From Isurus oxyrinchus (lineage: Eukaryota): DNA of 64,000 nt. The notes under the pieces were generated by a model. That model was not told the DNA's origin. It ran no database searches and saw nothing but the letters and a program-made list of their open reading frames with translations. Numbering within the stretch: the first letter of the stretch is position 1; each line of letters begins with the position of its first letter. The DNA is taken from NCBI GenBank assembly GCA_026770705.1, contig JANJGN010000007.1, positions 109,926,001 through 109,990,000 of the forward strand, read 5' to 3'. The position numbers were made by a program, and so were the translations under genes. This document shows positions 36,770 through 50,589 of this stretch, in pieces.

Positions 36770-38985
36770 GAAGGTGAACGTCCCTCATCTCCTCAGGAGA
36801 TCTTCCCTCCACAGCTTCCAACCTCATAGTCTCACAGTCCCGGATTGCCCGCTTCTACCCCCTCCACAAAATCCACAAGCAGGAAAGCAGGACTGTCCAG
36901 GTAGACAGATCGTGTCAGCCTGTTCCTGCCCCATGGAAATCATTTCTTCCTATTTACTCCGTTCTCTCGCCCCTTGTCCAGTCTCTTGCCACCTACATCG
37001 GCGACTCCTCTGATGCCCTACTTCATGTCAAAAATTTCCAGTTTCCTGCCCCTGTCTGCCTCCTCTTCACCATGGACGTCCAATCTGTCTACACCTCCAT
37101 TCCCCCACCAGGGGATAGTCTGAGGGCTCTCCGCTTCTTCCTCGAACAGAGGCCCAAACAATTCCCATCCACCACGACTCTACTCCATCTGGCTGAACTT
37201 GTTCCAGCACTGAACAGATTCTCATTAAACGAATCTCACTTCCTCGAAATTAAAGGTGTGGCTACGGGTACCCCCATGAGCCCCGGTTATGCCTGTCTCT
37301 TTATGGGGTATGTAGAACATTCTTTGCTCCAATCCTACTCAGGACCATTCCCACAACTCTTTTTGGCACATTGATGAATGTTTCAGTGCCACTTCATGCT
37401 CTCGTTTGGACCTGGAAAAGTTTTATCAACTTTTCTTCCAAATTCCACCCCTCCATCACCTTCACATGGCCCATTTACGACACTTCCCTTCCCTTCCTTG
37501 ACCTCTCTGTCTCAATTTGTGTTGATAGACTGTCCTCCAATATTCATTACAAGTCCACCGACTCTTACAGCTATCTCGGCTGCAGCTCCTCACATCCTGC
37601 TTCTTGTAAGGACCGCATCCTGTTCCCTCAGTTCCTACGCCTCTGTTCAGCTGTTCCAATTATGCCACTATCCAAAACGACACTTCCGACATGTCTTCCT
37701 TCTTCCTTAATCAAGGTTTCCCACCGACTATGGTTGAAAGGATCCTCAACCATGTCCTACCCATCTCCTACACCTTTGCTCTCTCTCCTTCCTCTCCTTC
37801 CAAGAACCATGATAGGGTTCCCCTTGTACTCACTTTCCATCCCACTAGAGTCCACGTTCAAAGGATCATCCACCACCAACTCCAGCATGATGCCACCACC
37901 AAACATGTCTTCCCTTCACCCTCCCTGCCTTCAGCATTCTGTAGGAACCATGAACACCCTGGTCTACTCCTCAAACACCCCCAACACCTTATCTCCTTCC
38001 CATGGTATCTTCCCATGCAATCGAAGAAGGTGCAACACCTGGCCCTTTACCTCCTCCCTCCTCATCACCCAAGGGCCCAAACATTCCTTTCAGGTGAAGC
38101 AGCGCTTCACTTGCACCTCATTCAATTTAGCCTACTGCATCCGCTGCTCCCGATGTGGTCTCCTCTACATTGAGGAGACCAAATGCAGGCTGGGTGGCTG
38201 CTTTGTGGAACATCTTCAGCCTGTCTGCAAGCATAACCCAGACATTCCTGTCACTTGCCATTTCAAAACATGATCCTGCTCTCATGCCCACATGTCCATC
38301 CCTGACATTCTGCACTATTCAAGTGAAGCCCAAAGCAAACTGGAGGAACACCACCTCAACTTCTAATTAGGCACTTTACAGCCTTCCGGACTTAACATTG
38401 AGTTCAATAACTTCAGGCCATGAACTCTTTCCTCTATCCACGCCCCCTTTTTACATTATTTTTCGATATTCATTTTCATTTTTTATTTTTATCCACTTAT
38501 TTTTTATTTATTGTTTTATCCCCACACTTTATAGTATTTTCTATATTGTATCCCAAAGACCATCCCCTCCCCCATCTCTCCCCCACAAGAGTCATCTGTC
38601 ACTGCTTCATGTTCTTCTTTTCAGAGTATTTTCCCTTGTCCGGCTATTATCACATTCTGCTTTCTTACATTAATGCCACTATCAGCACATCCTTTAGCCC
38701 TTATCACTACCATTAACACCTCCTTTGACCATTTGTTCATGACATCTTTGCCAATCTCTCTTTGCCCCCACCTATCACTGGCCTTCAATCCCGCTTCACC
38801 TGTTCCGCCGCCTTAAACAGTATCAATTTCATCACATTTTTACTTCTCTTTAGCTCTGAAGAAGAGTCATATGGACTCGAAACATTATTTTCTCTCCGCA
38901 GATGGGGTTAGACCTGCTGAGCTTTTCCTGCATTTTCTGTTTTTGTTTCCGACTTCCAGCATCCGCAGTATTTTGCTTTTATCTT
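36770..38985 (+). mobile_element. Penelope-like element (RT, GIY-YIG and terminal repeat), frameshifted
   Basis: FTMDVQSVYTSIP, IKGVATGTPMSPGYACLFMG, LPFLDLSVSI, CIRCSRCGLLYIEETKCRLG; inserted between blocks that are near each other in unit I. Confidence 0.88.
38856..38885 (+). ncRNA. Minimal hammerhead-ribozyme core in the Penelope terminal repeat
   Basis: CTGAAGA-A-GAGTC-ATATG-GACTC-GAAA with a perfect 5-bp stem II; stem III region looks degraded. Confidence 0.5.
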
Positions 38986-40016
38986 GAGGATGGCGACATC
39001 GGGACCAACGAAAACCGCCTGCAAATTTCGTCCTGAGAGAGCAACTGGGAGCGAGAGAGAGAGAGAGAGCGACGCAAATGACGAGGAGAGAGAAACTGTA
39101 GAGGTGGGGGTGCAGGGTGGTGGGGTGGAGAATGATAGACCAACACATGCTGGAGAGAAGGCGAGTTCGTGGAGGCCTGTGACGGACGCTGATGGTTTGT
39201 TCTGCGGAGTCAGGCAGCTTCGGCGCTGCTTCCTGAGGACAGAGTCTTAATTTCATGAAGCTGGGCCTGTATGCAGTGAATTGATTCAGCTCTTGTTTTA
39301 TTTAACGTTCGTCATAAAATTATACGAAAAGCTCAGTTAAATGTTGCTTACATTCATGATGTTATTCTTGAATCATTTGCATTTACTTGATGTTTCTCAT
39401 TGTTTTAACACCCTAGAAATGCCACAGAGTAGCTTTTATTTAAACGTTACTCATCCCGCCATAAATCAGAGTCAAATATTTTATTTTGGGTTTGGTAATA
39501 ATACGAAACTCAACTAATGTAAACTCCTAAACATTTGCAAGTCATCGTCAAGTGTCACGTGATCAAATGTAAGGTATAATTTGTTGAGTTACAGATATCA
39601 GACATGATTTCACTGAATGGCAAAACATGCTGGGAGAGCTAAATACCCGGACTTATTCATATGTCATTCTGCATTATATAAGAGACGTCACATGATTGAA
39701 TCCTCAGGGATACACCAAAATAGATTTGCCAACCACTTTGTGACTCATTAGTTTTTCTACGGATGCCGAGCCTCATTAATGTTCTTCCAATATTTGATAA
39801 TTAATTTCATATTTCCAACATTCATAATTTTATTTTCATTAATCCAAATCTTCTGTTGATTGAGATATTATTGATCCTTCGCATACACTTACCCCCTTCA
39901 CTGTTTATTAACCCACTGCCAGTGTTTCTAATAGAAAATGTCATGCACCTTTCTTCTTCCCCCTCAGAATTTTAGTGGCAGTCACGAGAGAGATCACAAA
40001 CAACTGTGACACTCAC

Positions 40017-40370
40017 TTGGGTCGGTGATCTGGAGCTGCGCCCCTGTTCAAGCGATGACCATCACCAATTCCTTTTCGAATTATCCATTATAAACCCCTG
40101 CGGGATAACAGATTTGTTTATAGGTGAGAAGAGCTGGCCAATTATTGGATTCAATAAGGGAGGACTGTTGAGGTGAACAACTATTCTTCACTAATCAAGC
40201 AGCTACCACAAGTTCGCTCTCTCAGAACAGGCCGGAGCAAGTGGGAACACTATCTGTTCTATTTCATTATCCTATACCTCACAACAAGAGTGAATTTGCA
40301 TTCGTTGCTACCAAACGGCAGCAGTAAACGCAGGTTAATTGCACGGTTAACCGCCCTCTGCATCTAATTA
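40017..40370 (-). pseudogene. Candidate decayed VJ-type Ig exon (type C), unit II copy
   Basis: Minus strand: LTVQLTCVY ... L*TNLLSRRGL*W ... IA*TGAQLQITDP, then a phase-1 GTGAGT donor (40016-40011). Confidence 0.4.
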
Positions 40371-40524
40371 GTTCAGATCTTAGCTCACTTACATTTATGT
40401 TTGTTAAAGACCTGCCTAATCTTTCCAGTCTTTCTGAAGACTGAACTGAGGAGAAACTGACAGAATGGCTCACATTTTAGTGAATGCAACGAGAAAAGAG
40501 ATTCCAATGAAAGTAAATGCCTTG

Positions 40525-41335
40525 TGGTAAAGGCAAAATACAGCGATGCTGGAAATCTGAAACAAAAGGAAAAACTCAGCAGGTCTGACAGCATCTGTGG
40601 AGGGAAAGACAGAGTTAACGTTTCGAGTGCGCATGACTCATCACAATCAAAGGGCAGTAGAAATGTGATGAAATATATACTGTTTCAGGGAGGTGGAGCA
40701 GGTGAAGCTGGATAGAAGGCCAGCGATAGGTGGAGGCAAAGGAGAGATTGCGAAATATATCATAAACAAAAGGTGAAATGGTTGTTAATTGCTGTGGTAC
40801 TGGCGAAAGGAGGTGTTAATGATGACATTAAGAGTGGAAAGCAGGATGCGATAATGGCAGGGCCAGAGTAAGCATTCTTGAAAGTGACAGATGGCTCTAG
40901 TGGTCGGTGCGTGGGTGGGAGCGGTGGTGGGGCCTGGGCGGACGTGGGAGGTGACGGTTTTGGGAAAGAAGATCGAGATGGCCAAAAGCTGGGCATAAAA
41001 CAATTAATAAAAATGGAAATTAATTTAAAAATAGCAATAATGAAGATAGGTGGGGGAAAACATATAAATACATAAATTAAACTAAAAATTAAAAAATAAA
41101 AATGGATATAGAGAAAAGGGGGGATGAAAAAGGGATGGGGATAGAGGAAAGAGTTCACGGTCTGAAGTTGTCGAACTCAATGTTAAGTCCTGAAGGCTGT
41201 AAAGTGCCTTATCGGAAGATGAGGTGCTGTTCTACCAGTTTGCGTTGAGCATCACATCAACATTGCTGCAGTCCAAGGACGGACCTGTGGATATGAGAGC
41301 AGGATAGTGTGTTGAAATGGGAAGCGACAGGAAGC
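40525..41335 (-). mobile_element. Penelope 3' fragment at the unit II/III junction
   Basis: Reverse-complement match to 38260-38985. Confidence 0.8.
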
Positions 41336-41359
41336 ATGACCTATCCCCAAGCATGACCC

Positions 41360-42330
41360 AGAGATGATATTGCCCTTGGCAGAAGGATCATGAGCCAGCG
41401 CCAGCCATTTAAGGTGATTGGCAAACCAAGCAACAGTGACACGAGGAAAACTGGTTTATGCAGCGACTGGCTAGGGTCTGAAATGCACTGCCTGAGAGTG
41501 AGGGGGAGGCAGATTCAGTTGTGGCATTCAAAATGGAATTGGATAGTTACCTAAATAGAAAAGATTTGCTGGGCCATGGAGGAAGGGCGGGTGGGGAGAC
41601 GAGTTAAATTGTTCTTGCAGAGAGCTGGCACGGTCCTGATGGACCAAATGGCCTCTTTCTATGCTTGAGCCATTCTATGATTCCAGGTATTTGAGGTGTA
41701 GGGCTGGGAATGGGTGGTGATATCCAAGGAGCCTTGCTGAGTTCCTGCTGTGCATCGTGCAGATGTTGCTGCCACTGTGGGTCAATGGTGGAGGAAGTGA
41801 ATGTTTCAGATGATGGATGGGATACCTATCAAGTGGGCAGCTTTGTCCTCGATAGTGTCCAGTTCCTTCAGTATGCTGAGGCCACATTAATTCAGGCAAG
41901 TGAAGAATATTCCACCACACACTCGGTTTGTGCCTTGTAGACAATGGACAGGCTTCAGAGTGTTAGGTGGTGAATTACTCTCAACAGAATTCTCAGCCTC
42001 TGACATGATTTTGCAAACACAGTTTTCATATGGCCACTGTAATTGATATTCTTATCAACAGCGAGATCAAGATGTTTACTGGGTGAGGGGTGGGGGTGGA
42101 GAGAGTTTCAGCGCCAGTAATACCTTTGAATGTCAAGGATGGTGGGTGGATTCTCCTTTGCTGGAAGTGGTCATTGCCTGGCACGAATTGTGGCGCGAAT
42201 GTCACTTGCCTCTTATCGATCAAAGTCTGAAAGTTTCCAGGTCTTCCTGCATATGGACACGGATTGCTTCAGTATCTGAGGACTTGTGAATGGTGCAGAA
42301 CACAGTGCAATCATCAGCAAAGCTTCCCCA
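41360..42330. mobile_element. CR1 tail (+) and HER1-like fragment (-), paralogous to 30530-31360
   Basis: Shared junction cattctatga followed by the LINE body. Confidence 0.7.
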
Positions 42331-42419
42331 CTTTACACGTGGTGTCACCAACTTCTGACATATTCCTCGTCTGAGCTTTGTGAACTCAGTCAATCTGAAC
42401 CATCGACTGCCACTTGCTT

Positions 42420-44376
42420 ACTTGCATTGATTCAATTGCTTTGTTTCTATGTATACTGACCCTGGGGATTAAACACGAGAGTGCAGATGTTTATTCTAGT
42501 GTCTACGTTAGCTTTCTGATGGTGATTGGGGATTCCGCAGTCGGCCAAATACCCTGCCCTCAAATTTCCGCTCAAACGAACAAACATCACTTGATAGGGC
42601 ATCTTCCCATTCTTTCAAGAGGAGTCAGGTGTGGAGGTTCACTGGTGGCGACACGATAACCAGGAGCACTTAGACGACGAGGAAGCGAAAAAGAGACAAT
42701 ATAATCTTCCATTAAAGGGGGGACACGCCCTCTGCCTCTTGAATTCTTGAATGTGAGATTCAAAGAATCTGTCCTCTATTACTACTATGTGTACAGTCGG
42801 GAAGGATAGTCGGGGATAGAACCGGCTCAGAGATCCTTGCGCCTGTTGAGTCGCAGGGTCTGGATATTGCAGGAGTCAATCGTGCAACAAGTACTTGGCG
42901 AAATTCCATCGATATAGCGAAGAGTGTGGGAATGGGACATCTGCCCAGGTTCTTATATTTAGTGCCAGCAGCAAACCAGCCTAGGGCTAAGATTATGGAC
43001 TTACAGGGAAGCTTGATTGCAAGTGTTTTTTCTTTAATGTAGCCGGTTATATATTTGTTAAAGTTTACAATTTCGTTACTGTGGAAGCATGATCCATACT
43101 TTTTTTAAAGGTAAGTGAATAAAAACGCCAATAAGGCGAACTAGATTACTTTTTCGGGGCCAATTTAGCACACTGAGTAAATGCATTCCTACACTGCAAA
43201 GTAGTATGACTCTAACCAGGTAAACTATGATTCGATAACCAACGGGTCCAGATTTACGAACATTGACTAAAGAACAACAGGAATTTCCTGCCTGGAAACA
43301 GCAATAGTAATTTTCGGGGGTGGGGGGGTGTAGGTGGAATTGGATAGATACTACCAAATAAATTCAGGGCTTTGCAGAAAGAGCTGTAGAGTGAGGTTAA
43401 TTGCATTGTTCTTTCAAAGAGCCAATACAGACACTATGGGCTGAATGCTCCATGACTCAGGACATATATCAATTTTCTTTCTCTTTTTAAGAGTCCATAT
43501 AATTTCTAGTTCATGTTCAATAACGCTTGAAGACGCAGAAGTTAAAAACGCTCCAATAAAACACCACGTTAAAGGACCTGTCCTAAAATTATGTTTTAAA
43601 TTACAGGCTACAGAAATAAAATAATAATTAATATTTCAAAATCAAAATCATTTTCTTTTCCTCCCAATTTTTTTCATTCTTCTGATTGAGTCTAAATTCT
43701 GTCCAGCCATTTCACCAACTCCACTGCGCAAATCAGTTGTTTTACCCTGAAGATCTCAGTGTAACTCCAGTTTAGGAACCATGCGACAATTAGAACAGGG
43801 ACCAACACTCCGAAGCAACGAACCACGGTGGGAATGTACGAGCCTTCCAGCACTTTAAGGTATACGGCATCAACCAGCAGTGGAGCTGCATACAGCTGCC
43901 AAGAGTGTCATCTTTCTCTTCAGACTCCAACATTGTCAATTAGAAATGTGAATGTAAGGTCATTTTTTTTTCAAAAACTCTTGCTCGTTTGTCGCCTCTC
44001 TTAATACAAGGGCGTTTGTGAATGCATGTTAGCATTTGGCGCTGTTGCATTCCTTTGTCACATTATGGATTTAATGCTTCAATCGCATTTTGTTATTTGT
44101 TGGCATTTATTTGAATATTTTTAAAACATCTGTGTTTGTATTAAATGTCGATTAAACGATTTGTTCTGATCCTGTGTGTCCCTTTGGTTTTTTTGTTGGT
44201 GCTGGTTTTATTGATATTACGAATGTTGGCCTTACATCTCTGCAACTCTTTGTTTGCATGCGCTTCTAACGTCGTTGTCGTCTCTTTGACGTTCGGATTT
44301 ACTGGGTAGATTGGTAATAATGGCGCTGATTGGTTTCGTTGGGGATTATTTGAAGCTGAGGTGCTGCCAAAGGTGA
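42420..44376 (+). pseudogene. Type-B VJ-C1-TM short-tail receptor pseudogene, copy 2
   Basis: V ~42515-42845 (GIFPFFQEESGVEVHWWRHD...EFLNVRFKESVLYYYYV...IVGDRTGSEIL); C1 ~43668-43953 (FYPEDLSVT...GMYEPSSTL...AYSCQECHLSLQTP); TM ~44260-44376 ending YLKLRCCQR*; AATAAA at ~44429. Confidence 0.8.
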
Positions 44377-45549
44377 GAAGCACCTTTATTACCAGAACGC
44401 AGCGTCGCTTTGAAGATCAAACTTTTGCAATAAATCTGCAAACAAAGTCGCGCTAACCGATAGGGGATGAAAATGAATGTTCTTAAATGATGGACATTTG
44501 GATCACACTTCACACATTGAAAGTAATGAGATATTCTCCCGGGAAATAGCTGATGCACAGTTCCGACAATTGTTGCTCCAGACAAGCAGTATCTTGCGAG
44601 AGACAACGACCTCCTCTGGAGTAGCAACATTGCGAATTTATTTGGGGAGTTACCATGTTGTGGGGAAATGGTGGAAGCAATTTTTAAAAAGCCATATAAG
44701 ATTGCACCAGAAAGGGCAGCCAGACAAAATTTTTCTAAGTTATTGCACGAGCGTAAAATGCCAACCGCCTCGATAACAGGCTAATGATTTGTTTTTTTAC
44801 ATCCTTCACGGTCACCAGAATTGCCAGAGCGCTTTGCAGTCAACATTTGAAGTAAGGTCATTGTTTTGATTAGGAAACGTCACTGAAAACTGCGCACAGC
44901 AAATCCACAAATTAGCAACGTGATTATTAGCAGATAACCAGTGTTTTTGCGTGGTCTTGATTGAGTGATGGAACGATTCGATCATTGAAATTATGAAAGA
45001 GCTTGATATGGTTGATCCAGAGAAAATGTGTTCACTCGTGATGGAATCCATTTCTACAGGGCAGAAATGGATAGTCATAAATTAATCCAATAGGTAATTC
45101 GTGAGAAGATTTTATACCCAGTAAGTGGTAAGAATGTGGAGTATGCGAGAGAAACGGGTAACTGAGGAGAATAGACTACACAAGTTTAAAGGGGAAGATT
45201 GATATACATATGAGGCAGGAAGAAATATGCAGATTGGGATAGAAGAAGAGGACGGAGAAGCATAAATGCCAGCATATATCAGCTGGGCCGAATAGCCTAT
45301 TTTGTGCTGTAGGCTCTATGCATTTGTATGCAATGTAGAACAGAACATGTTAGAAACACTTGATGAGAAAAATAAGTTAACGGTTCAGTCATAGCCCTTC
45401 ATCAGAACTGGAAAAATGAAGAGGAAATCACAAATGACACAGATGTTTATATCATGTCTTAAAAGTAGAAAGACGTACTGAAATGTTTCCAAAGAACTAA
45501 CCAAAAAGAAAAATACACCCAGTCAAATAAATCGTATTAAAAGGGAGGA

Positions 45550-46280
45550 AGCAAAAGGTTGATCGAAGAGGTGGTTTTAACGAACAATATTAATGGGAGA
45601 GAAAGAATGCACAAGCGATGTCGTTCAGAGAGAGAATGGTGTCTAGACAATGGAGGTAAAAGTATAATATTGTATTACACTCCAGTAATGCAGATATGGG
45701 GGAGCGATTGGCTGGACGATGAGATAGGGAAGGGCACGGCCAAAAAGTATGAGAATTTTAGGGGTTGGGAAGTAATTGTAAGTCGGCCAGAATAAGAATG
45801 ATGGGTGAGCAGGGCTGGGTGAAGGATGGGATACGGCACCAAAGTTTTGAATGAACTAAAGTTTATGGAAATTGAAAGTCAGCGGGGTGGAAGCAGACAC
45901 CTAGGATTGCTAAAATGTAATTGGAGAGATCTTTGACCATGTGTAGTGCTGTAAATGAGTCGGCAGTCTGTTTTACATCTCTCCAAATTTATGTTTCCAT
46001 TAACTTCTATTGATCAATATTGGGATTTAACTAGCCAAGGATAACTGTTTCTGTTACAGATGATTGAGATGGGATGCAGACGGATAATGTCACAGAGGAA
46101 GAAGTAGACCGTCTTTGCAATGAAGAGGATTTGCGGTCGCCATCACAGATTATTTCATTTGTGAATTTGCTTAGCGCCGCTGTGGTGGGGTGGAAATCTG
46201 AATATCCAATAAGACGGGAATGGAACAAACGGAAGAGTGGTGGAAAAATAAACATATTGTTTGATCGAGGAAGGAGAATG
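45550..46280 (-). mobile_element. Old L2-clade LINE remnant
   Basis: Minus ORF FHPTTAALSKFTNEIICDGD resembles the L2 RT segment FRP.HSTETAL.KVTNDIL.D.D. Confidence 0.55.
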
Positions 46281-47544
46281 ATCCCCTGCTTGTCATTAAA
46301 TATTCCACCATTTCCAGTCTGCCTATGTATGCGTTCACATGCCTATTGGTGTATGTGTGTATATAAGCGTGCGTGCGAGTGTGTGTGTGTCCTACAATAC
46401 AGCAGTGCCTACACCTCATTGGCTGTAAAGCGCTTTGCGACAACCTGACGCCACGGAAGGTGTTACGAAGGTACGAATCTTTCTATTTATGATTATTGCT
46501 GGAGAAAGGGACAGCTGTCAAAGCTTTTCATCTTTCACTCACCAGGATAAATTCGCAAGAATAACTAATGTCAAAGTCTTTCTGTGTGAGTTGGACTCTT
46601 CTTTCCATTTCTGCTCCTTTGGAAATGTTTCCTATTTGTAATTTGTTCAATTCTGATAAAGGACACACAGACATCCATTTCAGATCTCTGATGGAATGCG
46701 CCGCGATTGTTGCTGCCCGCGATTCAGCTGTGAACTTTGGCAACTTGTCTACAAAGAAAGGTCTCTTCTTATAGCTGATTTCTTGACTTAGCTAATCATA
46801 TACCACCTAGTGCATTCGGAGCTGGAGAGAAACTGCAAAAACTGCACAGCAATTCTGCTAATGGTATAATGGAAACACTTGTGGTTAGAGGGTGCGCACA
46901 TCTCAGGTCGAGCAAGCTGCACAATACTTGCGCTGAAAAGAAGTATAATTTAAGAAATTAATTTGAAATCTCGCCTTTCTCAACCAAACCTTTCTAAATA
47001 TGTTCTACGATTCCCCGACGTGCTGATTCTGAAACTTGAAATGCGAAGCAATCATCTTGAAATCAGTTAAATATCAGTGTTAAAACATAGATAATTTTAG
47101 AGATGTGTGTTTTTCTGAGAACGTCCTAGAAATACCTCTCAGCATACCGCCCTTTCGGTTATTATCAGCTGCAACAGTGAATAACGTTATCATTCAGCAA
47201 GTTTTCATTATGCGTAACGTCATCCAGGACATTGGATTTGAACGGAGAGATGCCCTTATTGTAGAAAGAAAATCAGACTAGTCTAATTGACAAAAGGAAA
47301 AGAAAAATAACATTAATTTACGTAGTGCATTTTCTGAACGTTTGAGATCCCAGAGCACGTTAAAGCCAATTAAATCCTTTTGACATCTTGTTTGTGTTGT
47401 AACGTAGGAAACATAGCAGCCATGTTACCCACAGCACTATCCCACAACATAAACATTACAATGAGCAGCTGATTTGCATTAGTGAAGTTGGTTGAGGGAT
47501 GAATTCAGGGATGACAAGGACAACAGCAACCTGATGCTGGAGGA

Positions 47545-48662
47545 ACTTTATAGGTCATGGAATAAAGGGGGCAGTAGCAACGTGGATACAAGATTGGCTG
47601 AGGGATAGGAAACAGAGAGTAATGGTTAATGGGTATTTTTCGGGCTGGAAGTAGGTTTGTAATGGAGTTCCCCAGTGGTCGGTATTGGGACCCTACTTTT
47701 CCTGATATATATAATTTATCCAGATCTTGGTGTGCAGGGGGCAATTTCAAAGTTTGCAGACGACACAAAACTTGGGAGAATTGTAAACTGTGAGGAGGAC
47801 AGAGTAAGAACTTCAAAAGGACATTGATACATTGGTGGAATGGGGAGATAGCTGACAGATGAAGTTCAATGCGGACAAGTGTGAGGTGATACACTTTAGT
47901 ACAAAGAACATGGAGTGGCAGCATAACATAAAGGATACAATTCTAAAGAGTGTGTAGGAGCAGAGATACCTGGGTGTATATGTACATAAGTCATGGCAGG
48001 ACAGGTGGGGAGACCTGTTTCTAAAACATACAGTATTCTAGGTTTCATTAATATGGGCATACAGTACAGGAACAGGGAAGTTAGGAGGAACTTATACAGG
48101 ACACTGGTTGGACCTCAGCTGGAGTATTGCATACAGTTCTGGGCGTTACACTATAGGAAGAATGAGAACGCATCAGAGAGAGTGAAGAAGAAGTTTACGA
48201 GAATGGTTCCAGGGATGTGACACTTCAGTTATAAGGAAAGCTTGGAGAATTTGGGACTGTTTTCCTTGGAGAGGAGAAGGTTAAGTGGAGATTTGATAGA
48301 AGTTTTCAAAATCATGCCGGTTCTGGGCAGAATAGATTGGGAGATTGTTCCCACTTGTAAACAGACTGAGAACCAGAGGGCACAGTTTTAAAGTGTTTTG
48401 CAAAATAAGCAAATATGAGGCAAGAAAAAACTTTTCGACACAGAGAGTGGTTCAGGTCTGGAATGCACTACCTGGAAGTGTGATGGAGGCAGGTTTAATT
48501 GAGGCATTCAAGAGGTCATTGGATGTTTACCTAAAGAGAAACAATGTGCAGGGTTACAGGGAAAAGGTAGGAGATTGGCACTAAGTTAAAATGCTCAGAG
48601 AGCAGGTGCAGACATGATAGGCTGAATGGTCTCCTTCCATGTCATAATAATTCGGTGATTCT
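47545..48662 (+). mobile_element. CR1 3' RT fragment
   Basis: GVPQWSVLGP, KFADDTKL, LYRTLVGPQLEYCIQFW, FSTQRVVQVWNALP. Confidence 0.85.
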
Positions 48663-49349
48663 GGATAGTGCTACGAGCAACGTAACTCTCCATTTCACTT
48701 ACACAGTTACTTTCTGTAAAGGGAGACAAACACGGAAAATATCAATGTCCTCATACACCATCGTTCATTGTCACAGATGTGGAGGCGAAGTGTAAAGTGT
48801 GATGTCAGATCACCTGGAACTCAAGGCCCAGAAGTGGAACTCCCATCCATTATTCTGGATTACAGTACAGTCCCGGTTCTGGATTTACATTGAGAAGTGG
48901 GAATAACATTACATGAGAAATCACTGCATTTTAAAATAACTTTGCACCAACCATGACCATGCAATTGATCAATCATAATATTATGTGCATAAAATTATAT
49001 TCACTTCTCAAAATTCTGGGAATGCTTGGTAAACTCCAAATACACATCAAATTTGTGGGTTTTTTAAATATGCCACTCTGAAGAAAGAAAGAATGATTTA
49101 CATTCATATATAAGACCTCATTAACTCACTTATCAACTGTCCCAAAAGTGCCTCATATTGATTGCTTTGGGAATGGGAAAACCTGGAAGTAAATGCGCAC
49201 AGCATGATCCCATTGACAGTGGTAGAATATGTCTTCTTCAGTTCTCTAGTCAAAGACAGGTCCAAGCCATTGCACTGCAATCTACACCATGGTTAGGGCA
49301 AGGAGAACGGTTCTGGATCCACCCCAGCCCGAAGGGGAATCAAATCCAC

Positions 49350-49553
49350 CACCCTCTGAATGAAGAACGATAGGCTCTCCATGTTTCCGGGCTATTCAAA
49401 AAGCGTGCATGGCTTGAACATATTCCTTTTGTTTGCAGAGAACGAGTCCGTGCGTCTGAATGTATGTCACTTCTAGCAAGTGTAAATGAGCTGTGTCACA
49501 GGCTTATTGTGTCACTATTAGCGGGCTCAGGATTGTTCAGCAAGTGTTGCCAG
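49350..49553. repeat. ~200-bp dispersed direct repeat of ~50976-51185
   Basis: accctctgaatgaagaac...gctctccatgtttccgg...ggattgttcagcaagtgttgcc occurs at both sites. Confidence 0.8.
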
Positions 49554-50589
49554 TAATGTGATCCAGATTATTTGTCCATGGAACTGAAACATCTGCCCCT
49601 GCCGCCCCCTTCACCCATGCCCCACCTGCACCTCCTCCTTTTTCTCACCAAAAAGTTGCACATTTACAAGCATGTTGTAGTCCAGAGCCATGAATAGTGA
49701 TGGTAAAGGCTCCACTTCTTTTCCGTCACACAGCTCACCACAAATCTCTCCACCTCCTGCTATTGGTGCATGTTCTAAAGCTTTACAGATTGATACTCAA
49801 CCTGTTTGGCCAGATTATGAATGGACTTTTCTTGGCCATCAAATCTTGATGTGAGACCTGAACCCAGAGCTTCAAGCTCAGAGGCATAGACGCTACTACT
49901 GCACCACAAGACCGATGAGCAGAACATATACAGCACTTTTCACAACTGCAAGATACTCCACAAACTTCACAACCAATAAATTATTTTTGTTGTGGTTGCT
50001 GTTGCCATCATTGTAATGTAGAGAAAGATGGCAGGCAGTTAGCAAACTGAAAGGTCTCACAAATGGAAACGAACTAAAAGACCAGATCACTTGCAATTAG
50101 CAATGCTTTTTGATGGAAGAATGCTGGTCAGAACACTAGGAGAACTCGATGTGACTTTGGATGTTTTAGGGCCCCCTAAAGAGACAGAGTGATCCAGGAT
50201 GTATTATCTCTTGGTAAGAAGAACACCTTCAGAAAAGGAGGGCGTGATCTGCATTTTGGGAACAGGAGTGGTTATATGGCTGCAATATCAACAATAAACT
50301 ATCAAAATAATCACAAATTAAAATCAAGGCGCATCTCTTTATTTGTGATTGATCTGATCTATTTACATATTTTGTTACTTATTTGCACATCTCAAAATTT
50401 AAATTGTCCCTCAGATTGTGCTAAAACTGAAGAACTCACTGTAGTCTTCAAGGGATTTAAAAACAAAGCAACGTAGAGAAAAGGGAGAGAATTTTGAGCC
50501 TGCCCCAACAAAAAAGCCTCTCGATCCCTTTTAACCCTCAATCCTTCCCCTCACTTTAAAAAAAGCAATTTCGTGTTGTGGCACTTCTA

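Larger units (their letters stand above)
29440..40520 (+). repeat. Segmental duplication unit II (lacks the type-A gene)
   Basis: 30530-34640~41360-45310; 34650-35900~57290-59670; 38985-40520~9900-11640; homology ends at ~40523. Confidence 0.8.

Noticed and set aside
37371-38273. Longest ORF (300 aa) as a host gene
   Set aside because: It is a frameshifted Penelope RT/GIY-YIG remnant
46535-46610. Minus-strand LFLRIYP|GTGAGT resembling the type-A leader end
   Set aside because: In-frame stops, no ATG in frame, and the downstream sequence is an L2 remnant rather than a V exon
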